From a virus, in the IMG/VR virus record IMGVR_UViG_3300035698_014118, positions 1 to 64,000 of that record: 64,000 nt of DNA; one strand, written 5' to 3'. Position 1 is the stretch's first letter, and every line of letters starts with the position of its first letter. Under the pieces are notes generated by a model. That model did not search any database and was not told the origin of the DNA. It was given only the letters and a program-made list of their open reading frames with translations. Positions 54,601 to 61,466 of this stretch are shown here, in pieces. Made by a program: the position numbers and the translations under genes.

Positions 54601-54653
54601 CTCTAGCAGAAGAGGATAATGATATCCAACTCCGTAAAGCATACGGAAGATAA
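48621..54653 (+). CDS. Giant prohead protease/scaffold polyprotein (2010 aa)
   Basis: N-terminal NDNGDAF, IFCNHQN, GTSMGC...CSIC, ENSFV.NPA (phage prohead protease); long acidic regions; directly upstream of decoration and MCP genes. Confidence 0.8.
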   Translation: MSLNKTASMTLINVQALNTPEQWEEFNLDNIKIASAQEKEALGGFDIKSAVTGHPDHLFVKVFAIKKDEVNDNGDAFSEKELLKAYQSFVGVPIFCNHQNNDIEKARGKVAHSWYDKKQGGIFIIARVDKIAYPKLARGIEEGYITGTSMGCSVEYSVCSICHHRAATADQYCEHVRERKNKKFSGNVECQYECLSANDSCPVCGKTQDEKKIVKHNASTVFEHNFDLKFIENSFVVNPACHECGVTEILNLPAINKKVASLRETLKKINETACSDGTCKLQKVAGKQEVDYLNDAMDKIERVAKSMMSQKHHVSMEYVSDLVKALADVQGITDELVEMGYTQLPSPVVTGEEDVDLSKESTDEIDPQQLGEAPQQLGEAPAQPVQTTVSPAGIVNENIGDVGSITKPKYSSNIIDKKKKEFITASDNLIKKLALLQDSIVAKEIVSEQQTNSTENISDKELEMTAENADKVGTEQDNMEKTAEHSTEVITEKQLPNAEGAGERWDAAPDIITEKQLDKPTANKDPNETTSDSPQHRTGSYEVITEKQLDSIASGYVTRWNDWPNVITEKQWTDVSRWIGSTLSNDQDTVISEKQLSDFMSHHGYSSPTFITEKQLNGSDTEQTKRWADDTSGMIKAAEDAISDTIAYFMKTPTEVKKAIAFIHENPRNLEKAAFLTLINSLPHKSDDRKNAKAKYTYLSKMAQQEVEGPGLLDALVISMSDNLSRFNTEDFMSALKHVSSNKKAMSQVDNIVRIKLAGDLEVEDVVTKEAAFESAIANLDRPEDGTYQVNATIAEIGKNPKNKSEFLNALHAFAGNVINDDGIKTAITKVDLDEKKGIVVATLKNVEALTPAEQAAIVSRQNRKPVEEQRESLDEEEMLLNGKDSIKGAPRTYSSRKEAREGLLKSAQMFGGEMGGQGGASQAPGAGASLPQPPQDMGQAPVESFEQSDLGEVGMDESLQPKPPGSSCPVCTSDDVDIINGEGKCNNCGADISYEIQIKVKNWPNTMESNRDSSEEGDTLSDEANLEEEDAGFKMPEGGEPMAAAASTKNDKTKKTASVEEYEVDKFAATVLLKKDVITKVAEAKIALGSVSPLTGNTETIDIGNGKHVCLDTGATYSVQYAVSKADPKKVYARWIWEPKTADTCSNCSRAKTAFVSALKSMGSSEKEFDEQDIKSKAETILAMRKAGHLKTIKIAENKNSVIEEYKKAYNTTTMGDKFPIESCREKLARRFGENALALSGPCEGKPLYDCVCSSLKSADVYSHGLAIKVAEVWKDKEASSECMEDFVRQGYELKEAATICELMRMKYAQFDDEFATELEDAVSDNLDQVEDDIDGPEVSPFDNLDEGVEGVDESTVTIELPAELVEQLDAALDVSLGENPAIEDHHEDIVEEEGVADIAEIGGAEDVVDDEPVVEVGVAELGEEKDMVGGNPAGDLGGAGGMGGDVNPAAGGQVANLEGGDVLAPELGSDLDSEVGGDVDGLEIEVELGGEELGGDELGGEEGGNQCEELAKKVLSEELSLADALNQIPEEEQDALLDAIKAVNNCEKEEGIKNDVVETVEEDATDVVDEGETFKEGGEEETVKEEGPVVEEDKDCIASENTEMVTTQTEEEMIIEAQKMRRGRIGHTGEINLDLSAVMNVINKEAGEKELKQENAQDTPDLGKVKDTTTIGDEDAFTDGVDSKPNVPSENATMGQEPSDLNPSSAPKVKIPVGSENMGHEELEGGDNRATGGEQGQGTSRAANTKDRITALAEGILQAQANQIKVADEKKVERHQNQDDEDVKPYSEGDGSFMGNEKESIESVPAAEAKPSQVPTTDSAFIGNEKESIGDKPSEKDTPDIPAKDDRIKGEKDNEKIAPEKEEQVTGITGTGQGGVIASSDAESKVHKTNEAAYKLAGRMLQNNMIEVGQLESKVAELNKYESAQLKDLETAMFSGQKGLNAPSDGIEQAVIVGEVSSEKEAQKRNEHMMKDAQEELTGQLQSIFSLAQKNALAEEDNDIQLRKAYGR
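49719..49760 (+). repeat. 21-bp tandem duplication (PQQLGEA x2)
   Basis: cctcagcaacttggtgaagct twice. Confidence 0.9.
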
Positions 54654-54669
54654 AAAGGAGTAATGAACA

Positions 54670-55239
54670 ATGGCTCTTATTGAAATTTATCATGTAGTAG
54701 CTGATTACTACCCAGTAGACCCTGATTGGACTAACCCGATTATTGAAGGTATGGCAGTACGTCTTAATGCTGCTGGTTTCGCTCAGGCTTCAACTGGCGC
54801 AGCTAATACACACGATATTGGCCTTGCTGGCGACAGCATGACCACTAACGTTCCCACAGCAGCCAACCCGCATACTCCGTATTCTGCCGCACTGACCGTA
54901 AACTCAGCAGGTAGTCAAGCTTGGACCCAGAACAGAGTTTCTGATGCATTCGATGAGACTTTGGCATCTGCCCAGCTAACTGTTTATAACGGCGGCGGCA
55001 AGTTCGCAACTACAGAATACGAATTGCTCACCGGCGGCGTTCCTATTGCTTATGCAATAGGCGATGCATTGTATGCAAGCGCAAATGGTCGTTTGACCAG
55101 TGTAGCATCTGCAAGCGCTCAGATAATTGCAGACGTTGTTGGCACACCCGGAGCATATCCTAGTGGCGTACCGGGCACTGATACAGCAGATGGCTCGCTG
55201 TCTCTAGGCACGTACCTCACTGTATTGCTGCGTAACTAA
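54670..55239 (+). CDS. Capsid decoration/cement protein
   Basis: Ala/Gly/Thr-rich; Y.IGD.LY....G.LT motif; lies between protease and MCP. Confidence 0.65.
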   Translation: MALIEIYHVVADYYPVDPDWTNPIIEGMAVRLNAAGFAQASTGAANTHDIGLAGDSMTTNVPTAANPHTPYSAALTVNSAGSQAWTQNRVSDAFDETLASAQLTVYNGGGKFATTEYELLTGGVPIAYAIGDALYASANGRLTSVASASAQIIADVVGTPGAYPSGVPGTDTADGSLSLGTYLTVLLRN

Positions 55240-55321
55240 TATAAATGCCTATATCTAATTTATTGTAGGGTTTATCTAATAAATGCCTACAAACTTGGAA
55301 TAGGATAAGGAGAAATTAACA

Positions 55322-56191
55322 ATGGCTATGACAAAGACTCTTACTGACCAACAGAAAGAAGAAGTAATTGCTCAGGCTCTAGAGACCGATGAGGGTAGAG
55401 TAGCCCTAGCTCAGGCTATGGTAGAACCTATCCGTCGTTCCCTAGAATACCAGGCTGTCGGACGTAAGCTTCTGATGGTTGACGAACTGCCGCAGGGCGC
55501 ACTCGCTCGTTACGAGAGAGACGTTGCCGCTATCGCGCATGTAGTTAGCCGTAGAGGTGCCGTACCTGACCAGATTCAGGAAGGCGAAGAAATTCTAGTT
55601 CCGACGTTTGAAATTGCTGCAAACCCAAGCGTACGTTTATCTGAGATCAAGGCACGTAGATTTTATATCGTTGACCGTGCCCAGATCAAAGCTAAAGAAG
55701 CTATCCAGAAAGAAGAAGACACAAACATTTTCAACGCATTGATCGCCGCTGCTAATACCAGAGGTACTCAGATTGTCCAGAACGTTGGAAACCTTACTGT
55801 CAACTCTCTGAACACCGCTTATAGACTTATTGAACAGCATGACCTTGTTTGCACAAAAGTAGTTATGCAGGCCAATAGATTTGCCGATATTCGTTTGTTC
55901 GGTAAAGATTTCTACGACGAAGCAACGCAAAGAGAAATTATCACGACTGGTCTTTATGGACATCTTTGGACCGCTGACCTGCATGTTAGCTCTAGAATGT
56001 CCCCGAACACCGTTCTTTTGGTAGCTTCTCCCGACACAGTTGGTGCTTTCCCGATTCGTCAGGACATCACTGTGCTTCCGGCTGATGATCCCAAGAAGTT
56101 GCGTCTTGGATGGGTAATTTACGAGGAAGTCGGAATCGTTGTAGTTAACGATTACGCTATCTCTCTCATTCAGATCGTTGCTGCTACGTAA
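55322..56191 (+). CDS. Major capsid protein (HK97 fold, no delta domain)
   Basis: Strong RBS; position in module; PTFEIA.NP, I.K.ED..IF, G..G.LW.A.L, GWVIYEEVG; terminator follows. Confidence 0.85.
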   Translation: MAMTKTLTDQQKEEVIAQALETDEGRVALAQAMVEPIRRSLEYQAVGRKLLMVDELPQGALARYERDVAAIAHVVSRRGAVPDQIQEGEEILVPTFEIAANPSVRLSEIKARRFYIVDRAQIKAKEAIQKEEDTNIFNALIAAANTRGTQIVQNVGNLTVNSLNTAYRLIEQHDLVCTKVVMQANRFADIRLFGKDFYDEATQREIITTGLYGHLWTADLHVSSRMSPNTVLLVASPDTVGAFPIRQDITVLPADDPKKLRLGWVIYEEVGIVVVNDYAISLIQIVAAT

Positions 56192-56216
56192 TAGATAGTT
56201 AAAACCTAAAACAACT

Positions 56217-56244
56217 AGGCCGGTAGAAATACCGGCCTTTTGTT
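56217..56244 (+). terminator. Rho-independent terminator after MCP
   Basis: aggccggta-gaaa-taccggcct followed by ttt. Confidence 0.85.
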
Positions 56245-56289
56245 TGTACTTATTGTGAATAGTTCCGATTATATAATAAGCAAAAGGAG

Positions 56290-56649
56290 ATGGACATGGA
56301 TAATAAATCATATGCCTATTCTATATTGGAACTTTTGGGACAAGTCACTCACTGCCAACAAACTGGTAATGGTTTTGAATATAGACTAAATAACTATAGT
56401 TTTATTTTAGATATTAATTTTAATGGATTCTACCAAATAGAAATTATCAATCATGATATTAATAAAAATTCATTTGAGATGGTGTTTGATTTTGAAACAT
56501 CTAAACAAATTAAAGATAAAGCTGAAGATGTATACTGCTCTCTACAAGAACTTATCGAGAGCGAAGAGGAATTACGTATTAAAGATGCGGATAGGGCTTT
56601 AGACATCTTAAGAATAGATATAAACAAAGTTATTTCTGTGATGCTATGA
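56290..56649 (+). CDS. Hypothetical protein
   Basis: ORF with AGGAG RBS. Confidence 0.55.
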   Translation: MDMDNKSYAYSILELLGQVTHCQQTGNGFEYRLNNYSFILDINFNGFYQIEIINHDINKNSFEMVFDFETSKQIKDKAEDVYCSLQELIESEEELRIKDADRALDILRIDINKVISVML

Positions 56650-57065
56650 TGAATGTACACAAAAAGAAAATAGAGTTCAAAAAAGAAGATTTGGTTCCTC
56701 ATAAAGCTGGATATAAAATAATGGTTCTTAGAACTATTGAAGAAGGCGACAGATATTCTATAATAGTACCTGAATTATTCTTTGATAAGTCTGGTAAATT
56801 GGTAACTAAAGAAGAATCTGTAAAACCAACAGGTGCTTTAGAAAAAGAACAGGTGCTAAGCATAATAAAATTGGTTGAGAAGCAGGCACCTGTCAAAAAC
56901 CTATACGTCTATATAGTAAGTAGAGAAGATGAACCTACAGCTTTTGGAATCTGTGCAGATATAAACCCATTAGAGAAATGGAGCTTCACAGAGATGGCTC
57001 TTCCCGGCATGGAAGTGTCTGATATAGAGACGTTTGTGAACGATGAAAAAAATATTAAAAATTAA
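56646..57065 (+). CDS. Hypothetical protein
   Basis: ATGA-coupled ORF. Confidence 0.55.
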   Translation: MMNVHKKKIEFKKEDLVPHKAGYKIMVLRTIEEGDRYSIIVPELFFDKSGKLVTKEESVKPTGALEKEQVLSIIKLVEKQAPVKNLYVYIVSREDEPTAFGICADINPLEKWSFTEMALPGMEVSDIETFVNDEKNIKN

Positions 57066-57310
57066 CAAGGATTTTATTTGAAAGTGATAGAATCAGTGTT
57101 ATAGTAGTAACAGCAACCTTCCCTTCAGGGAAAGAAAGGCGTATAATGTCGAGAACATTTAAACAATCCGACAGTTATCTTTGGCATTCACTGCCATTGC
57201 GCCCCGATTTCCCGACATCGCGACATTGTTAATCGGCTGCTCACAGCAGGTAGAATTAACAAAGTCGCGAAGAATTCCCCTTCTGTGAGTTTAGTCAATA
57301 TGTATATAGC

Positions 57311-57381
57311 GGCGCAGTGACTGAGAGGAAAAGTGACGGTCTGCAAAACCGTAGACGTGGGTTCGAATCCCACCTGTGCCT
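57311..57381 (+). tRNA. tRNA-Cys(GCA)
   Basis: Acceptor ggcgcag/ctgtgcc; acggt-ctGCAaa-accgt; T-loop ttcgaat. Confidence 0.9.
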
Positions 57382-57398
57382 TTGATAATTAAATACGA

Positions 57399-57470
57399 GC
57401 GCCCGAAGCTCAAAAGGTGGAGCATCCGGCTTTTAACCGGAAGGACCGGGTTCGATTCCCAGCGGGCGTA
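57399..57470 (+). tRNA. tRNA-Lys(TTT)
   Basis: gcgcccg/cgggcgt; tccgg-ctTTTaa-ccgga; ttcgatt. Confidence 0.88.
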
Positions 57471-57642
57471 TGCTTCAAAAGGAAGTGTTTGAAGTCGTTG
57501 ATACCGTTTCATGGAAGATTTGAATTAGGCATCTGCGCCGCTGAACTGATATTGTTCAGATGATGTACTAGCTTTTTTATAACTGTATATGGGTTTATTA
57601 ATGTGCGATAACCGGGGAGGGTGTAACTACTCTCCCCGACAT

Positions 57643-57715
57643 ATTCCAGAAGCTCAAAAGGATGGGCGGCGGTTTACGGAACCGCAGGTTGGAGGTTCGA
57701 ATCCTCTCTGGAATA
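57643..57715 (+). tRNA. tRNA-Arg(ACG)
   Basis: attccag/ctggaat; gcggt-ttACGga-accgc; ttcgaat. Confidence 0.88.
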
Positions 57716-57725
57716 GTTTATATAT

Positions 57726-57801
57726 GGTGGGTGTAGCATAATTGGCTAATGCACCGTGTTGTGATCGCGGGGATTTGCGGGTTCGAATCCCGTCGCCCAC
57801 C
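57726..57801 (+). tRNA. tRNA-His(GTG)
   Basis: G-1, gtgggtg/cgcccac, C73; ccgtg-ttGTGat-cgcgg. Confidence 0.88.
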
Positions 57802-57893
57802 CGTAGGAAGGAGACCCGAGAACGACGGTTCAAGGCAGTACGGGAAAACTCAGCCTTCCCTTCTTCTTCGCGACGGTGGAGTGAAGGGAATTA

Positions 57894-57969
57894 CGGAGTG
57901 TAGCTCAGTTTGGCTTAGAGCGCGGCGTTTGGGGCGCTGAGGTCGCAGGTTCGAGTCCTGTCACTCCGA
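57894..57969 (+). tRNA. tRNA-Pro(TGG) copy 1
   Basis: cggagtg/cactccg; cggcg-ttTGGgg-cgctg. Confidence 0.92.
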
Positions 57970-57975
57970 GTTTAA

Positions 57976-58122
57976 CGGTTGATGGAGTAAAAGTTTTGCA
58001 TGATAGACATGAGACAGTCCGCGCGGATAACTCATGGAACACTAGTGAAATTCATGCAAGAAAATTCATCTCGCCAGGCATGGGGCTTGGAGATGGGGGT
58101 GAAAATCCCTCTCAGCCGACCA
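57976..58122 (+). tRNA. tRNA-Pro(TGG)-like with a large structured insertion in the D-loop
   Basis: cggttga/tcagccg-A-CCA; ccagg-caTGGgg-cttgg; ggggg-tgaaaat-ccctc; insert hairpin ttgcatga...tcatgcaa. Confidence 0.7.
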
Positions 58123-58156
58123 TTATTTTTAAAAGAAGTGATTAGAACTTCTATAA

Positions 58157-58230
58157 CAGTGCGTAGCTCAGCTTGGCAGAGCGCCGGTTTTGGGAATCGG
58201 AGGTCGGAGGTTCGAATCCTCTCGCACTGA
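58157..58230 (+). tRNA. tRNA-Pro(TGG) copy 3
   Basis: cagtgcg/cgcactg; ccggt-ttTGGga-atcgg. Confidence 0.92.
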
Positions 58231-58251
58231 GTAAGATTTTTCAAATTCTTG

Positions 58252-58279
58252 TTGAAAGATTCAATTAGCATGTTATAAT
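58252..58279 (+). promoter_or_regulatory. Sigma70-like promoter of the large ncRNA
   Basis: TTGAAA-N16-TATAAT with extended TG. Confidence 0.55.
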
Positions 58280-58339
58280 AGTTGAGTTGGAAGCAAAGCC
58301 CTTGATTAGAAGGGTTTCTTAAATCGCACAAAAGTGAAT

Positions 58340-59245
58340 ATAAGAGTATTCGTTATAGCTTCGGTTGTAACAAATACAAAGGGGCCGTATAGGGTCCATC
58401 AAGAGTAAGGTTGGCGACAACCCCAAAGAATTGTTTGACATACAATTCGCCTTTCAATTATGTTAGGTTCATCTATAAAAGCCTACTCTTCTTGGTTTCC
58501 TGCAACGGGAACTAAGGACGGAAGTTAGGACTGGTGGAAGAGGCAAAATCCTGGGCAACGCTAGGGAGATAAGTCCTGCTCTTAGCAGAGCTACACTGTC
58601 ATGCTAAAACTAATTACGTTTGAGAGAGAAAGGTAGTTACTGAGTTCAAGTACGTTGCTGTATAAGGGCGAAGTAGCAGTTCTAAAGATTTTCGGGTTTG
58701 GCTTATGGAGGTTAAAGCCCATAAGGTAAACACGATTATCTTGAAGAACGGAGGAACCCAATTGGCAGTTGGGCCTCATGAACGGTGAGTGATATTGGCT
58801 ACCTCAAAAGGGTAGTTAATCGCTGAGCCAGCGCGTCGTTCAGTCAACCACCCGTTTAGCTCATTAGTAGAGCGAAACCAATTTAAGGTTTAGGCAGTAG
58901 GTGCAATCCCTGCAACAGGTACCAAAGCAAAAAGGCTGGCTTGGCGCTCGATCAAAGCGGCTTAATTCTGTAGCCTTTCGGGGTAATACAGACGTTTGAG
59001 GCTCGCAAGGCTGATAATGTTGATTCAGGATGACTATGTTAGCGGTTAGCTGCTGCTAATATGGTTGGAAGAATCGAGTAGTCGAGTGTTACAGAGGTAA
59101 TGCCTCCTCTTTAAATTGGGCAGTCGTGAGTTGCTACATCTCGCAAGGGATGTGGATACGTTCTTAACAGTTCGGTAACTATTGCGGTTCGAACTGGTAC
59201 GGGAACTAAAGGCGGCTCTAACATGGGTATAGTCTCAGCCCACGT
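58340..59245 (+). ncRNA. Large structured ncRNA, GOLLD-like (boundaries approximate)
   Basis: About 900 nt with no credible ORF; GC-richer than flanks; many hairpins with GCAA/UUCG-type loops; inside a phage tRNA array; contains an embedded tRNA-like unit. Confidence 0.6.
58850..58924 (+). tRNA. Degenerate tRNA-like element (TTT in loop) embedded in the large ncRNA
   Basis: acccgtt/aacaggt-A-CCA (one mismatch); gctc/gagc D-stem; aaacc-aatttaa-ggttt; gtagg-tgcaatc-cctgc. Confidence 0.6.
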
Positions 59246-59268
59246 TAACTTTTTCTCTGTTGCGATTC

Positions 59269-59341
59269 CAGCCTAAAGTGTTACTTGGCCGCATACCGCG
59301 TTTGGGGCGCGGTGGTTAGGGTTCAAATCCCTATAGGCTGA
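59269..59341 (+). tRNA. tRNA-Pro(TGG) copy 4
   Basis: cagccta/taggctg; ccgcg-ttTGGgg-cgcgg; taggg-ttcaaat-cccta. Confidence 0.85.
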
Positions 59342-59403
59342 TTCATTTCTTCTTCTTCTGGTGTATCCTAATATTTGTAGAATGTTTTCGTTAGGAGAAC
59401 TAG

Positions 59404-59790
59404 ATGAACATCTATGAAAAGCTACAAGAGTTTGACCAACGCATAAAAGAATGCGATGAGACTATCGATAACATGAAGTCTGAACGTAGTCTACTGCTCA
59501 AAGAGAGATCAACATTTTTAAAAGATTATAGACTAAAAGTAGGTTCTAACTCTATATCTTTTAAACCTTCTGGGGAATTTGTAATAAACACTCCTTTTAA
59601 TGGCAGTTCATCGGCATATAGCGGTCATATGAATGCGGTTATAAGACCAGATCAGATCAAAGAATTTTGGAAGACAATGCTTAGATTCTTCGATGATGAT
59701 CCGTCTATAGGAAAGACTAAAATCATTAAGAAAAAGAAGAAGAAATCTGGAAAAGATCAATATCAGTTTATGGATTTGGAAGACGAATAA
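59404..59790 (+). CDS. Hypothetical protein
   Basis: ORF with AGGAG RBS; N-terminal coiled coil. Confidence 0.6.
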   Translation: MNIYEKLQEFDQRIKECDETIDNMKSERSLLLKERSTFLKDYRLKVGSNSISFKPSGEFVINTPFNGSSSAYSGHMNAVIRPDQIKEFWKTMLRFFDDDPSIGKTKIIKKKKKKSGKDQYQFMDLEDE

Positions 59791-59825
59791 GCATGTTCGC
59801 TGTTCGCGAACAACGAACAGCATTT

Positions 59826-59895
59826 ACGTCCGACTGCCTGGGTGTAGCTCAAGATTCCAAATCTTGAAGATGGGGTTCGAATCCTCACGGGCGTG
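59826..59895 (+). tRNA. tRNA-Trp(CCA) with weak or short D-arm
   Basis: acgtccg/cgggcgt; caaga-ttCCAaa-tcttg; tgggg-ttcgaat-cctca. Confidence 0.75.
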
Positions 59896-59932
59896 TTAAA
59901 GGTTTTGTAGTATATATTCCGAATATATAAGT

Positions 59933-60829
59933 ATGAAAGCATTCACATTAGTTGAACTACTTGTAGTAATAGCGATTATCGCTATGTTAGTATCTATGCT
60001 TATCCCAGAATTATCAGCAGCCAAATCTATTGCAAGGTCTACTATATGCAAATCTCATTTGAACCAAATAAGTAATGGATTTAAAGCTCCAAGAGGAAAT
60101 GGAACTTCTAAATCGTTTCCAAATAAAAACTCTTGGCCTTCTATTCCTATGGATGTCTTATCAATCCCTGATATCTATGTATGTCCAGAAGATACAGATG
60201 AAGGACAAGGGACTCTTGTAGCAAACTATTCTCTTCATTATGGACCAGATTGTAACGAATTAGCAGGTTTGGATTTACTTATTGTCCCTGAATCAGATGG
60301 ATTTGGTCATGGAGGCTCTCCTATATGTAAAGTTAGAGATATGGGAGATTGGACGCTTTACATATTTGATGATGGCATGTGTAGAGATTTGGATGATTGG
60401 GCTTTTCGCGTTACAAAAGGTTATCCGCGAACTGCTACTAGAATATTGAATCCAGAAAATACTGATAGTACTCCTAGCGGTGGAAGAAAAGTTTCTATTT
60501 ATTGCAATGGTAAGCCATTACCAGGATGGGAAGATATGAGAGAAACAAGTCTTGTAGGTCAAAGTTTTGTTATGACCGAAGAAGGTACATTGGATTACGG
60601 ATATAACGCTCTTATAAGCGGTTATGAAGTTTCTCCAAAAACAATAGTTGCTCTTGATTATAATTTACGTCTTGCAAACGATGGAGAAGATATGACTTCT
60701 GAATTGCAAAATGGAGCAAGACATCGTGGTAAGCTTAATGTATTATATACAGATGGTTCTGTAACACATTCTCGTCCTAGTCAATTGGACCCTGCTATCA
60801 GCAACAATTCAATTCTTTGGACTCCGTAG
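59933..60829 (+). CDS. Prepilin-type N-terminal methylation protein with H-X9-DG C-terminus (DUF1559-like)
   Basis: [27 protein letters not shown]...C.S.L.QI; [14 protein letters not shown]. Confidence 0.88.
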   Translation: MKAFTLVELLVVIAIIAMLVSMLIPELSAAKSIARSTICKSHLNQISNGFKAPRGNGTSKSFPNKNSWPSIPMDVLSIPDIYVCPEDTDEGQGTLVANYSLHYGPDCNELAGLDLLIVPESDGFGHGGSPICKVRDMGDWTLYIFDDGMCRDLDDWAFRVTKGYPRTATRILNPENTDSTPSGGRKVSIYCNGKPLPGWEDMRETSLVGQSFVMTEEGTLDYGYNALISGYEVSPKTIVALDYNLRLANDGEDMTSELQNGARHRGKLNVLYTDGSVTHSRPSQLDPAISNNSILWTP

Positions 60830-60836
60830 TATTAAT

Positions 60837-60924
60837 GGATTCTGTTCTCTAAACCGGTCTGTAAAACCGGCGAAGTAAAAGAATTAGAGCGGTTCTTCGA
60901 GTGGTTCAACTCCTCCAGAATCCA
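60837..60924 (+). tRNA. D-armless tRNA-Tyr(GTA)-like RNA with long variable arm
   Basis: 8-bp stem ggattctg/cagaatcc-A; ccggt-ctGTAaa-accgg; ttcaact T-loop; no D hairpin. Confidence 0.65.
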
Positions 60925-60985
60925 TTTAAATTTTAGAAGGATGATACTGTTTAATAGGGTAATACTCTACTGTAAGGAGAGTATT

Positions 60986-61375
60986 ATGAATACAAAAGAA
61001 AAAGGTGATAAAGCAGTAGGGGTTGCAATAGCTTACTATAGTATGTCAAACATCGAAGTGCTACTACCGATAGGTGATAAAAAACCGTATGATTTTGTTA
61101 TTGATCGTAAGGGGAAGTTATTGAAGGTTCAATGTAAATTTGCTGGTCAAAAAACTCCCTATGGGATGTACAAGGCTAATCTTAGAGTAAAGGGCGGCAA
61201 TCAGAGTTTTCATACTACCAAATTTTATAAGCCTGGTGATTTTGATTTGTTATTTTGCCTGACAGGGGATGGAAGAATATTCGAAGTACCATCAAAGAAG
61301 ACTAACAAATTAAAGAATGCGATTACTCTTGGCAAAAAATATAAATTGCATCAAAAAAAATTGTTGTTAACATAA
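60986..61375 (+). CDS. PD-(D/E)XK endonuclease of the group I intron-associated type, free-standing
   Basis: MNTKEKGD.A; V..PIGD..PYDFVID..G.L.KVQCK; DFDLLF. Confidence 0.8.
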   Translation: MNTKEKGDKAVGVAIAYYSMSNIEVLLPIGDKKPYDFVIDRKGKLLKVQCKFAGQKTPYGMYKANLRVKGGNQSFHTTKFYKPGDFDLLFCLTGDGRIFEVPSKKTNKLKNAITLGKKYKLHQKKLLLT

Positions 61376-61377
61376 AT

Positions 61378-61464
61378 GGGTAAGCGCCGCAGTTGGAGAG
61401 GCGGGCAAGACTATAAATCTTGTGGCTTAAGCCTGAGTAGGTTCGAATCCTGACGGCCCCGCCA
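61378..61464 (+). tRNA. Chimeric or pseudo tRNA: Tyr-type body with ATA anticodon and mismatched acceptor
   Basis: caaga-ctATAaa-tcttg; long variable arm; gggtaag does not pair with cggcccc-G-CCA. Confidence 0.55.
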
Positions 61465-61466
61465 TT

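Noticed and set aside
55637-56311. 224-aa minus-strand ORF and other antisense ORFs (e.g. 52781-53597, 14549-15001)
   Set aside because: Shadows of well-supported plus-strand genes with biased codon use.
57806-57859. tRNA-Sec (ggaag start, ttca)
   Set aside because: No anticodon stem around TCA, no T-arm, and too short.
57188-58779. ORF-track ORFs in the tRNA/ncRNA region
   Set aside because: They overlap clear tRNA genes or the structured RNA.
58340-59245. Group I intron, tmRNA or rRNA fragment
   Set aside because: Does not interrupt a gene; no tmRNA-type ends or recognisable rRNA sequence seen; not formally excluded without a covariance search.
59794-59819. Palindrome tgttcgctgttcgcgaacaacgaaca as a mobile-element end
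   Set aside because: Single copy with no transposase; more likely a hairpin between the ORF and tRNA-Trp.
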